A stretch of DNA of 64,000 nt from an uncultured Chthonomonadaceae bacterium (lineage in GTDB: Bacteria; Armatimonadota; Chthonomonadetes; Chthonomonadales; Chthonomonadaceae): assembly GCA_963817895.1 (NCBI GenBank), contig CAWFQB010000011.1, forward strand, positions 96,001-160,000, in the 5' to 3' direction. The stretch's first letter is position 1; each line of letters opens with the position of its first letter. Below, one piece after another: positions 42,485-53,075 of this stretch. The notes below the pieces were generated by a model. The model saw nothing but the letters and a program-made list of their open reading frames with translations, did not search any database and was not told the origin of the DNA. The position numbers and the translations under genes are program-made.

Positions 42485-43384
42485 ATGAGCGAAGAAACCA
42501 CACATATTATGACGAGCGGCATGGGCATACAAAAGCCGTCACCGCAAGAAACTCCTGCCGAAGATGCAAACGTCATTCGCGTGATTGTTTGCGGCGCGGC
42601 GGGGCGCATGGGGCGCGAAGTTGTCAAGGCCGTCAGCGAAGCGTCGGGACTGCAACTGGCAGCGGCGGTAGACGTGGCGGCAATGGGAGTGGATGCGGGC
42701 GATCTTGCCGGTATCGGCAGGGCAGGGGTGTGGATCGAAAGCGATCTGCATACGGCGATTATGCGGACTCATCCACACGTTGTTGTTGATTTCACGCTGC
42801 CGCATAGCGTAAAAGCAAACGCGATTGTCGCGCTGGACAACCGGGTTTCGCCAGTGATTGGAACAACGGGGCTTGCGCCCGCCGACTTAGCCTTTCTGGA
42901 CTCGCTGGCGCGGCAAAAAGGCATTGGAGCGTTTATCGCGCCCAACTTCGCCATTGGCGCGGTACTGGCGATGCAGTTCGCGGCACAGGCCGCGCGCTAT
43001 CTGCCGGATGTGGAAATCATCGAATTGCACCACGAAAAGAAACTGGACTCGCCCTCCGGCACGGCCCTGCTGACCGCGCAGAAAATCGCCCACGCGCGGC
43101 AGGAGGCGGGGCAAACGCCCATTCCCCCGCCCGACAACACGATTGAGAAAGCGCCCGGAGCGCGGGGAGCGCGGCACGTCAATACGGGCGATATTCCCAT
43201 TCATAGCGTCCGCCTGCCCGGTTTCGTCGCGCATCAGGAGGTGATTTTCGGCGGCGTGGGTGAAATCCTGACCATTCGCCACAACTCCACCAATCGAACC
43301 TCCTTCATGCCCGGAGTTGTTCTGGCCGTCCGCAAAGTGCGCGAACTAAATGGTTTGGTTGTCGGATTGGAAAACCTGCTGTAA
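42485..43384 (+). CDS. dapB: 4-hydroxy-tetrahydrodipicolinate reductase
   Basis: 'GAAGRMG', 'VIGTTG', 'APNFAIG', 'ELHHEKKLDSPSGTA'. Confidence 0.97.
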   Translation: MSEETTHIMTSGMGIQKPSPQETPAEDANVIRVIVCGAAGRMGREVVKAVSEASGLQLAAAVDVAAMGVDAGDLAGIGRAGVWIESDLHTAIMRTHPHVVVDFTLPHSVKANAIVALDNRVSPVIGTTGLAPADLAFLDSLARQKGIGAFIAPNFAIGAVLAMQFAAQAARYLPDVEIIELHHEKKLDSPSGTALLTAQKIAHARQEAGQTPIPPPDNTIEKAPGARGARHVNTGDIPIHSVRLPGFVAHQEVIFGGVGEILTIRHNSTNRTSFMPGVVLAVRKVRELNGLVVGLENLL

Positions 43385-43469
43385 CAACATCGCTATAAAT
43401 CAAGGCAGTATCATGAATTGTAGTTGTTGGGGATGCTACGTTTGTAGCGGTTTAGCAAGGAGATACGGC

Positions 43470-44696
43470 ATGTACACAGACGCATTTACGGTCAAGGATA
43501 CACGTTGTTTTGCGGATCAAAAAATGGTCTTTAACTGGCCGGGGCAGACGCCTCCCAAAGGCGAAGCAACAAAACGTCTGCCTAATGTTAATCTTCTGAT
43601 TGGCAACAACGGAACAGGAAAAACGACTATTTTCCAGGCGCTGACTATTGCAGCATTAGGTCCCTATCTGGCAAATAACATTTCGGGCTTTCGTACTCCG
43701 ACCGGTATACGCTACGGGAAAGAGGTTGCCGAGGCTTCAGCAAAACTCTACCTGGCTCCCATAGACACCGACGAAAATTCAGTACCCGATACTGAAAACA
43801 TTCATATTGCCGGGCATAGTGTCACGAGCATCATCAAGCGGGAGGGAACTGCACAGTCTCTTTCGTCTCGTTCGCGCGCGGAACGTTGGAAAAAAAGCCT
43901 TTTCTACGAAGATCTGCCGGCTTGTTTCCTGGCGGCTTACGGCGCGAACCACCGCACCGAACGACCGGAGGCCTATAATGAACGGCTACGTGGGTCTCGC
44001 TATCAGCGCATTGCGTCTCTGTTCGAAGCGCGCGTTGGCCTGATTCCGCTTTCTATGGCCTACAATCAGTGTCAGGAACGGAAGCGTTGGAGCGAAGTTG
44101 TGGAGATCGTTAACCAACTGCTTCAGCATCCGGTGACGTTAACCACAGACCACATGGATGGCGGTGAGCCGCTGTTCAACTACGACGGCATTCCTCTGCC
44201 CCTCTCGGAACTTTCAGATGGTTACAGGCTTTTTGTTGGTTGGCTGATTGACTTCCTGACGCATCTGGCGCAGGTGCTGCCAAACCGCCTGAAACTGGTC
44301 GAAGCGATTGGAATGGTGATTGTTGACGAGGTAGACCTGTTTCTGTCTCCCATCTGGCAGCGAACTGTCGTGGAGTCACTCTCAAATGTTTTTCCGCGTA
44401 TCCAATGGTTTTGCAGTACGCATAGTCCGTTAGTCGCCGGTTCGCTGGACAACGACAATATCTATCAACTCAAACGGTCTGCTCCGTTCACTTCGCAAAT
44501 ACAGCGCCCTTCCGATGCATTTGAGGGCCGGAGCGTAGAGGAAACCTTGATAGAACTTTTCGACGTCCATCAGCCGCGTTCTCCGCAGTTACAGCGACAG
44601 CTAAGTAGTCTGGCGGAACGTGCCGTGAAGGGCGAACCCGAAGCCTCTCTAGAGTATTTGCGCCGCCTCAATGAAGGGTCGGGCCGGCTAAAATGA
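43470..44696 (+). CDS. ABC-type (AAA_21-like) ATPase, Septu PtuA-like
   Basis: Walker A GNNGTGKT, signature LSDGY, Walker B IVDEVD, 'STHSPL'. AAGGAG RBS. Confidence 0.8.
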   Translation: MYTDAFTVKDTRCFADQKMVFNWPGQTPPKGEATKRLPNVNLLIGNNGTGKTTIFQALTIAALGPYLANNISGFRTPTGIRYGKEVAEASAKLYLAPIDTDENSVPDTENIHIAGHSVTSIIKREGTAQSLSSRSRAERWKKSLFYEDLPACFLAAYGANHRTERPEAYNERLRGSRYQRIASLFEARVGLIPLSMAYNQCQERKRWSEVVEIVNQLLQHPVTLTTDHMDGGEPLFNYDGIPLPLSELSDGYRLFVGWLIDFLTHLAQVLPNRLKLVEAIGMVIVDEVDLFLSPIWQRTVVESLSNVFPRIQWFCSTHSPLVAGSLDNDNIYQLKRSAPFTSQIQRPSDAFEGRSVEETLIELFDVHQPRSPQLQRQLSSLAERAVKGEPEASLEYLRRLNEGSGRLK

Positions 44697-45631
44697 TCCA
44701 ATATCCTATAAGTCTGCGCGATTTGGCCCGTCATGTTCGCAAGCAATTTCCCACCACCCTGAACCGCAACGGCACACCACGCAGGAATGGCAGAGAAGCC
44801 TGGCTTACAAAGGCGAGCCGCTTATCCACACAATTGAAAGCGCATGGTAGTTACAATCTGGAAAACAGGGACGAAATATGGAACGAACTGAAACCTCTTT
44901 TTGCGCGGTTACAGGGTGGGGGCAAGTGCGCCTACTGTGAAACGATGCTTCCCACTCACAAAAGAGGGATGCCTAAAGGCGATCTGGAACACTATCGTCC
45001 CAAGCAAGGGGTTATAAAGTGGCCGACAACACATGCCATTTCCGTCGGCGCGAACGCCCCTGACTGTTACTATTGGCTTGCCTTCCATTTGCGAAACTAT
45101 CTGCTTGCCTGTGAAGTTTGCAATCGTGACTTCAAGCAGAACTACTTTCCTATTGCTGGACAACGTTGCTCCGCAAATTCCAGGCAACCACGCTACCTGA
45201 TAGCCGAGCGTCCCTATCTGCTGCATCCGCTCGATCCGAATGACTCTGCCCCGGAGCAGTTGATTGGATTTGAGGGAATTGTACCCATTCCCATAGCAAA
45301 GCCGGGAACACATGATTACTGGCGGGCCAAAGTAACCATCGAATTGTTGGGGCTAACGAATGGCAGACGGCTTGAGTTGGATTTTGAACGTTCGCAAACA
45401 ATTACAGGTATCTACACAGCTTTAAATTCTGTTGCTAACAACGACCCAACAAGAAGGAAACTAGCCAAACGGACGCTAAAGAAACTTCAAGACAACACTT
45501 GGCCTCACCGCAACTGCGCGCGTCGTTTCAAGCGTCTGTACGACGATGATCCCACTGAGGCGGCACGGCTTGCTGAAGAGGCTGCAAAGTTTGTAGATGA
45601 ATGGTTGCATCGTCGAGCGCAACCGTTGTAG
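44693..45631 (+). CDS. HNH endonuclease, Septu PtuB / retron-effector-like
   Basis: 'KCAYCE', 'LEHYRPK', 'YYWLAF..NYLLACEVCN..K.N.FP', 'LLHP'. ATGA overlap with the ATPase. Confidence 0.8.
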   Translation: MIQYPISLRDLARHVRKQFPTTLNRNGTPRRNGREAWLTKASRLSTQLKAHGSYNLENRDEIWNELKPLFARLQGGGKCAYCETMLPTHKRGMPKGDLEHYRPKQGVIKWPTTHAISVGANAPDCYYWLAFHLRNYLLACEVCNRDFKQNYFPIAGQRCSANSRQPRYLIAERPYLLHPLDPNDSAPEQLIGFEGIVPIPIAKPGTHDYWRAKVTIELLGLTNGRRLELDFERSQTITGIYTALNSVANNDPTRRKLAKRTLKKLQDNTWPHRNCARRFKRLYDDDPTEAARLAEEAAKFVDEWLHRRAQPL

Positions 45632-45826
45632 AGGTTAGGAGCAAGGTTCCAGATGAAAAACTGCTGGTATATTTAAGCCGCATTTTCCTATCGTTTGGCA
45701 TAACTTTGGCTGATAACATGCAGGAAGGAGAAATGTGGGGTATACTTACTAAAATTAGTTTTGTACCGAACTATTTTGTCAAGTGGAAAGTTGGTTTTCG
45801 CTTTCCCGCTGAGAAAGTGTATCGCC

Positions 45827-46892
45827 GTGACCCGTGACCCGAAAACAAGCACGGAACCCCTCGGTTTTACCCGTTTCGCCCTGCTGCTGCATACCATTCC
45901 GCACATCGGCGAAAAAACATTGACGCGCCTGCTTCACCACGTTTCTTCGCGCCGTATCGAACCCGAAACCTGCCTCCAATGGTCTGTGGAAGAGTGGCAA
46001 ACCCGCTGTGAACTCGACCCGCGCGCCGCCGCCACGCTTTGCGAACAACAGGACGCCCTGCTTTCTCGCGCTGAAGAGATGGCGCGAACAGTCCGGCAGC
46101 ACAGCCTGCACGTTCTCACGCCGCAAAGCCCCGCGTATCCCGACCGTCTGGAACGCTTCGACGATTCGCCCCCGCCCATCGTCTACGCGCTCGGCAATCT
46201 CGGCCTGCTGCTGCCCCTGCCCGCGTTGCCGGAATTCGTACTGCGCCTGCCACGCCTACTGCCCCCGCGCCCAAAGCAAAATCGGCTGCGCTCTATCAGG
46301 ACAAACGCCGATAATTCAGAACAAACGGCGACTGCCAAAACGCCTGCCGCTTCCACTCGCGCGCCCTTCACGTTCAGCATCGCGGTTTCCAATGGCGCGG
46401 ACAACGCTACGCTGAAGCGGATGGAGGCGATGGCGACGGTTCTTGTTCAGCGCGGGTGCGTACCCGTGACCGGACACGACCGGACGCCCTATAAACGTTT
46501 AGCATTGGCGGCGCAACGGCAAAATCGTCCCGTTATTTATGTCATGGATCGCGGCTTGCGCGACGCGATTGGGGCCGGCTTTTGACCGTCCGCCCTTTGC
46601 CGAGGCCCGTATCCGCGAAACCGTTTTCGATACCGTTCGTGACCTGGCGCTCTCTCCTTTTCGATTGGATGACCACGCGATAGGCGCGAATTTGCGCCGC
46701 CGGGATCGCATGTTGTATGCTCTTGCCGATCTGATTATCGCGCTGGATGTGCGGGCCGGGGGCGGCATGGCGGCGGAGTGTCTGCGGGCGCATGAGCAGG
46801 GGCGTATGGTGTGGGTGGCGGCGGGAGGGCGCGACGGCAACGCGGCCTTGCGCGAAGCGGGATGTACAGGGATGCCGGAGGGTGACTGGTAA
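45827..46892 (+). CDS. Divergent DprA/SLOG-like protein (frameshift near 46580)
   Basis: 'IPHIGEK', 'YPDRL...PPPIVYALGN', 'RRDRMLYALAD', 'A.EQGR.V', 'GN..L'. Confidence 0.7.
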
Positions 46893-48080
46893 TGAATATC
46901 ACAAAAGCGTTGACGCAGGCCGGGGACGATTGCCCGGATGCCGGACATTTTTACGGGCGCGAAGTGGCTGCCGCCCTCCTGGAAGGGCAGCCCCTGTCCG
47001 AAGTGGCGCGCCTGATTACCGAAGTGATCGCCCGCCAGTTGCGCGTAGAGCGCGTGGGCCTGTTCCTCCACGACGAGCGCGGCGCTATGGACCCGGCGGC
47101 TCTGCGCAACGTGTCGCCGGAGTATGGCAAGGCGGTCACGCGGATTGTGCCTGTATCGCCTTTTCTCAGCCGCGCGCAGGCGACCGGCCTGCCCGTATTT
47201 GCGCGAAATGTGCAGCAGGACGCGCAACTCAGTTCCGAACTGCGCGACCTTTACTGCCGCGAAAACATCTCCAGCATCCTGATGATTATGCTGCAATACG
47301 AGCAAAAGCTTGCGGGCGTACTCGTCGTTTACCCGGATGCCGAGCGGGTGTTCACGCCACAGGAGATAGCCGGGTTCCAGAGTCTGGCGGATATGGCGAC
47401 GCTGGCAATCGCCCTTTCGCAGCGATTTCAGCAGCAGCGCGAAATCGCCATGCTGGAAGAGCGCAACCGGCTGGCGCGCGAAATCCATGATACGGTCGCG
47501 CAGTCCCTTGCCGTGCTGATTTTCCAAATGGAAACCACGCGCATTGCCCTGCGCCGCGCCGATATTGCCGGAGCCGAAGAGATGCTCACGCAGGCGCACG
47601 GGCTGGCGAAAAACGCGCTGGAAGATACGCGCCGCGCTGTGCGCGGATTGGCGGCGTCCGCCGCGCAAATCCTTTCGCCCGCGCAGGCTATCGCGCAGGA
47701 AGCCGAACAACTGGAAGCCGAATCCGGTATTCCCACGCAGTTTATTTTGTCGGGCGAGGAGCAGGCGCTCAATCCCGATCAGCGCGCGTCCCTGCTGCGA
47801 ATCGCGCAGGAAGCTCTAACCAACGCCCGCAAACATGCCCGCCCGCAGCGCGTCCGCGTCGGCCTGCAATACGGCGCGGAAGAAGTCACGCTGCTGGTGG
47901 AAGACGATGGCGTGGGATTTGATCCCGAAGCCGAGCGCACTCCCGGCGCGGAGGGCGGCTACGGGCTTTTCGGCATCCGCGAACGCGCCAAACTCGTCGG
48001 AGCCTCCTGTACATTGACAGCACTCCCGGTTGGGGAACGCGCCTGCGCGTTTCGCTTCCCTATCGCCCCGCCACGCCGAT
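46892..48080 (+). CDS. GAF - HisKA_3 - HATPase sensor histidine kinase, possibly fused to downstream regulator
   Basis: 'EERNRLAREIHDTVAQ', 'QEALTNARKHA', 'DDGVGFD', 'GYGLFGIRER'. Confidence 0.9.
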
Positions 48081-48204
48081 TCACGAGGAGAAGAAGAGAA
48101 GAAGAGAAGAAGAGGAGAAGAGGAGAAGAGGAGATACGGGAAGGAGCAGCTGAACTCATCCCTCATCCTTCATCCTTCAATCCTCTGCCCTCGACCGCTC
48201 TCCC

Positions 48205-48843
48205 ATCAAGGTATTGATTGTGGACGATCATGCGCTGGCGCGGCAGGGGATACGGGCGATGCTGCAAACCAGCCCGGATATTGTCGTCGTGGGGGAAGCC
48301 GAAAATGGCGAGGAGGCGGTAGAGCAGGCAATAAAATTGGAACCGGATGTCGTGCTGATGGATTTGCAGATGCCGAAAGTGGATGGGTTGGAGGGCTTGC
48401 GGCGTCTGCAAATTCGCAGGCGGCATATTCCCGTCATGATTTTGACCACGCTGCAAACGGAACACACCATTTCGGAAGCGCTGCAATCCGGCGCGCGGGG
48501 ATTTCTGCTCAAAGATACGAACGCCGAAGAACTTCTGGCGGCGGTACATGCGGCGAAGCGGGGCGAAACCCTGCTGGCTCCCGCCATCGCGCTCCGACTT
48601 GCCGATCTGGCGGCGGGACACGGGCGTTTCGATTTGAACGAGCGCGAACGCGAAATTCTGCAACTGTTGGCGCAGGGCGCGCGCAACAAAGAGATCGCCA
48701 CCGCCCTGTTCATCGCGCCCAAAACCGTCGAGTACCACCTGTCCAATCTCTTCACCAAACTGGGCGTCTCCAACCGCACCGAAGCCACCCGCCTCGCCTT
48801 GGAACAGGGACTTGTTCCCCCGATTGGCCGCTCACCGAAGTAA
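48205..48843 (+). CDS. NarL/LuxR family response regulator (REC + HTH)
   Basis: 'IKVLIVDDH', 'DVVLMDLQMP', 'LNERE..ILQLLAQG.RNKEIA', 'KTVEYH'. Confidence 0.92.
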   Translation: MKVLIVDDHALARQGIRAMLQTSPDIVVVGEAENGEEAVEQAIKLEPDVVLMDLQMPKVDGLEGLRRLQIRRRHIPVMILTTLQTEHTISEALQSGARGFLLKDTNAEELLAAVHAAKRGETLLAPAIALRLADLAAGHGRFDLNEREREILQLLAQGARNKEIATALFIAPKTVEYHLSNLFTKLGVSNRTEATRLALEQGLVPPIGRSPK

Positions 48844-48848
48844 AAGTT

Positions 48849-48999
48849 TTCACCACAGAGACACAGAGACACAGAGGTTTCACAGAGAAAACAAAAGGAG
48901 AGGGGAAGAGATTGAAATAGTAGAGATTACGAAGACATGAGCAGTTTCTCATCTCTCTCCCTTCATCACCTCTGTGAAACCTCTGTGTCTCTGTGGTGA
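48849..48999. repeat. Inverted repeats of CACAGAGA-type units
   Basis: tcaccacagagacacagag...tttcacagag / ctctgtgaaacctctgtgtctctgtggtga. Confidence 0.85.
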
Positions 49000-49000
49000 G

Positions 49001-49812
49001 CTATTTGTGTTTGGCTTTGGCAGGACGTGGAGATTGGGGGCGTTTTGTGCCGTAGGGTTTCTTCATTGGTTCTTCGTAGGTGTCGCCGACAATTAGGCGC
49101 AGCAGGTTGGGTATCCACGAATCGCGCTTGCCCGCGCCGTATCCGATCACGCGGGGAACAAAGGCGGGAACCGGGGCGATGTTGCCGTCGGGCGTCCGTT
49201 CGGCCCACTCCGACAGCAGACACGCGCCCGTCGGGGTAATCAGTTCTTTGGGGCGGTCATCGGGACGCAGCGGAAAACCCGACGAGCAGTTCCATCGTGG
49301 CGGGGGCGGGAACCGGCATGGTTCCGTGCGCGCACTCGACCCAACCCCGATTGAACGGGAGCGGGGAGGCGTACACTTTGTCCACGCCCAGCATCTCCAG
49401 CCCGATACACGCGCCGACAATATCTACAATGGCGTCTACAGCGCCGACTTCGTGAAAGTGGATGGTATCGGGCGTCATGGCATGGATTTTGGCTTCGGCG
49501 TGGGCAAGGCGGTTGAACGCGCCCAATGCGCGGCAGCGAATGTTTTCCGACACGCCGCTTTTGTGCAGAATCTCTTCGATGTCGGCCATGTGACGCCCGT
49601 GTCCCTGATCCTGCTCCTGCAAAACCACGTCCACATCCATGCCCGAAATGCCCTCTTTGACCACCATGCCGGTCTTGAAGTTCGTACCCCGGCACATTGA
49701 GTTTGGCAAGTTCGGCCCGCCACTCGTCCTCATCCACGCCCGCATGAAGCAGCGCGCCCAGAATCATATCGCCGCTGACGCCGCTGAAACAATCAAAATA
49801 CGCAATTCGCAT
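49001..49812 (-). CDS. larC: LarC-family nickel insertion protein, N-terminal (LarC1) portion, frameshifted
   Basis: '[17 protein letters not shown]', '[14 protein letters not shown]', '[11 protein letters not shown]', 'ELITPTGA', 'GYGAG'. Confidence 0.9.
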
Positions 49813-49836
49813 AAGAGTTCTCCAGATCAATCCTGT

Positions 49837-50726
49837 CTATGGTATTTGTTTTTCTTGTTCGTTGAGGAAGAATTGTACGGCGGCTTCGCCTTCCGCGCCT
49901 AATTCTCTGGAATATTCGTTGACGTACAATCGGATGTGGGATTCGATCACGCCCTCGCTCAAATCCTGCGCGTATTGTTTGCAGAGTTCAAACGCCGCGT
50001 CATAGTGGTCGTAGGCCCACGCAAGGCTGCGCTGAATCAGGTCTGTCAGCGGCGCGGCTAAATCAAGGGATTTACGAACGCAAATCGCGCCGAGCGGAAT
50101 GGCGTACCCGGTTTGCTGTTCCCAAAACGCGCCCAAATCCTGTATCAGCGTCAGGCCGTCCTGTTGGTACGTAAACCGCTTTTCATGTATCACCACGCCC
50201 TGCGCCCCCGGCGTCCGGCATAACTCCTCATACAGTACGTCAAACGGCAAAAACCGTTTTTGCAATACGCCATTGCCCTGCCAACCGGCATAAAAATCCA
50301 GCAGGAAATTCGCGGTCGTATTCGTGCCGGGAACGAGTAAGGGCAAGGATGAAGGATGAAGGATGAAGGATGAGTCCATTGCCGATTGCCGATTGCCGAT
50401 TGTGGATTGATTATCCTCAGTCTCCTTTTCTCCTTTCTCCTTTTCTCCTTTTCTTTTATATTCCTCAGCAGCAGCGGCCCGACGCCCCGGCCCAACGCGC
50501 CGCCGCAGGGCAGCAGGTCGTATTCGTTGCGGCAATGAATGTAGTTGGCGTAACTGATTTTTACGACGTCCAGATTGCTTACCTGCGCCTGCTGATTTAG
50601 ATTTTCCACATCCTGAAAATCTACGTCAAAGCGCAGGCCGTTCGTGTCAATCTCGTTCAGCAGGATGCCGCTGAAGATAAAAACATCGTTAGGGCAGGGG
50701 GAGATTCCCAAGTTGAGTGTATTCAA
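49837..50726 (-). CDS. mqnD: 1,4-dihydroxy-6-naphthoate synthase with repeat insertion
   Basis: 'SPCPND', 'DVENLN', 'GGALGRGVGPLL', 'IHEKRFTY', 'PLG', 'HIRLYVN'. Confidence 0.93.
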
Positions 50727-50729
50727 CGC

Positions 50730-51450
50730 GCATATGTTTGCTAAATAATCCGCAGATTGGCGATGGCAAGGCGTATGTTGTCCGGCTGCATGTCGCGGGT
50801 GGACGCGATGTTGCTGATGGCGCGGATTTCGCTGACGGGAATCCGGAACATCTGCCCGGCCTGCGCCACCGCTGCGCCCTCCATGCTTTCAAAATGCGCG
50901 TCAAAAGTCTGTCTGCGCAACAGGCCGGTATGTTCCGTTCCCGCGCACTGATTGACAGTGCAGCCTCTGCCGCTGTGTACCTGATACGCGCTGCGGCGAA
51001 TTCGCGGCAGGCAAAGGGCGCAATCCATTTCGGCTCGATATGCAGCGGCAAGCGGTTCCGCATACGGACTTGCCAAAGGGGAAGCCTGAATAGATTGAAA
51101 GCCGGGTTCGTCGGCAGTTCAAAGCCAACATCGCCGTACACTTCCGACGTTCCAACCACAATGTCGCCAATGTTGATGCCGGTATTCGGATACGCGCCCG
51201 CGATGCCGATATTCCATATACGCGCCGGACGCGCTTCTTGCAGCAACCGTACCAGAAACGCGAGAGAAGCGGGAATACCGACGCCCACAACGGCAAATGT
51301 AAGCGCGGCACTGTACGCCATTTCTCCCTCGGCCAACCGTGACCGCTCTTCTTCACGCGGCCACCATGCCCGCAATTCCATCCACGTCGCCGCGCATATC
51401 AATAAGTTTGTGCGCCAGGGGCGTTCTGGTTGTTCACTTGTGCTGTTCAT
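50730..51450 (-). CDS. mqnB: Futalosine hydrolase (frameshifted)
   Basis: 'AAT..E', 'GVG', 'NIGIAGAY', 'TVN', 'ESMEGAAVA', 'EIRAISN'. Adjacent to mqnD. Confidence 0.85.
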
Positions 51451-51451
51451 A

Positions 51452-51753
51452 CCTCACCCCCGGCCCCTCTCCTTGCCGCGCAACGCGCTAGGAGAGGGGA
51501 GGCGAAAATTAAAGTTTACCGCGTATAGACCGCGCTTTCCCCTTGTTCTACTGTTGAATACGCTGCAAACGTTATGAGCATTTGACTTGTCTTTTGATTG
51601 TGCCGTACAATACAAACTAAATCTCAAATCCACCTTCTCACCAGACATAATGTACTATCTCCAAAAGAGATTACTATCCTATAGAACATTGTACGTCTAC
51701 AGTCTCCCCTCTTCTAGCGCGTTGCGCGGCCAGGAGAGGGGCCGGGGGTGAGG
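51452..51753. repeat. Inverted pair of REP-like palindromes bracketing the mqnB-hisS intergenic region
   Basis: Copies at 51452-51500 and 51704-51753. Confidence 0.85.
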
Positions 51754-51772
51754 TAAAAAGGACAAACTACTC

Positions 51773-53075
51773 ATGAAATACTCTCGCCCGCCTTATACCT
51801 ATGATGTGCTGCCAGTTGCGCCGCCGAAAGAGACGTGGCTGCAAACCGCGAAATGGCGCTATGTCGAGGGCGTGTTTCGCGATACGTGCCGACGTTTCGG
51901 TTACCGGGAAATACGTACGCCAATTCTGGAACTCACCGACCTGTTCAAGCGAACCGTTGGCGAAGCGACGGATATTGTCAGCAAGGAGATGTTTACCTTT
52001 GTACGCGAGGGCAGCGACCGCAGCCTGACCATGAAACCGGAAGGCACGGCTCCGGTTGTCCGCGCCTGTATTCAGGAAAATCTGCTTGTGGATAACCCTG
52101 TCTTGAAAATGTACTACATCGGGCAGAATTTTCGTTACGAGCGCGGGCAGGTGGGGCGTTATCGGCAGCACCAGCAACTTGGCGTGGAAGCGTTCGGCGC
52201 GTCAGACCCGGCTATTGACGCGGAAGTGATCACGCTTGCCATGAGTTTCTACCGGATGCTCGGCGTAACCGAAATGGAATTGCGCGTGAATTCTGTCGGT
52301 ACGCCCGACTCGCGTGTCCGGTTACAAACAGGCGTTGCGCGATTTTGTCCGCCCGTTTCTGAGCGAAATGAGCGAGGAGGGGCAGTACCGTTTTGAAGCC
52401 AATCCGCTGCGGATGCTTGACACTAAAAACCCGAACGACCTCCGCCTCCTGCAAAACGCTCCCAAAATGACCGAGTTTCTGGACGCCGACTCGCAAACGC
52501 ACTTCGACAAGCTACAGGCGTACCTGACCGCGCTGGATGTGCCGTTCGTGATTGATCCGACACTGGTGCGCGGCTTCGACTATTATACCAAAACCGCCTT
52601 TGAAATCAAGGGCAAGAATTTAGGGGCACAGGACGCATTGGGCGGCGGGGGAAGGTACGACGGCCTGATTGCCGAATGTGGCGGCCCGCCCACGCCGGGT
52701 ATCGGCTTCGGGCTGGGCATGGAACGGTGCTTGATTACATTGGAAGCGCTTGGCATCACATTGCCGGTTGAGGAGGAAAGCCCGGTCGCGTTTTTAATCA
52801 CGCTTGGCGATGAAGCCATCACGCGCCCCGTCGCGGTGAAACTGTTGGGACAACTGCGACAGGCGGGAATCGCGTCCGATATGGACTACAAGGGCGGCAA
52901 TTTCAAGAAACAGATCAAACGCGCCGATGACATGGGCGCGAAATATGCGATTCTGGTGGGCGATCAGGAAGTGGCGCGGGGAGTAGTGTCCATTCGCGAC
53001 CAGAGCACCAAAGCGCAGCGCGAAGTCAGTCTGGAACACGTCGCGCGGGAACTCGGCACGGCAGGGGAGATTTAA
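51773..53075 (+). CDS. hisS: Histidine--tRNA ligase (one frameshift)
   Basis: 'IRTPILE', 'PEGTAPVVRA', 'FRYER', 'LVRGFDYY', 'GGGRYDGL'. Confidence 0.97.

Noticed and set aside
43385..43469. Retron msr-msd upstream of the ATPase-HNH pair
   Set aside because: Region is short, with no clear a1/a2 inverted repeat and no reverse transcriptase in the window.
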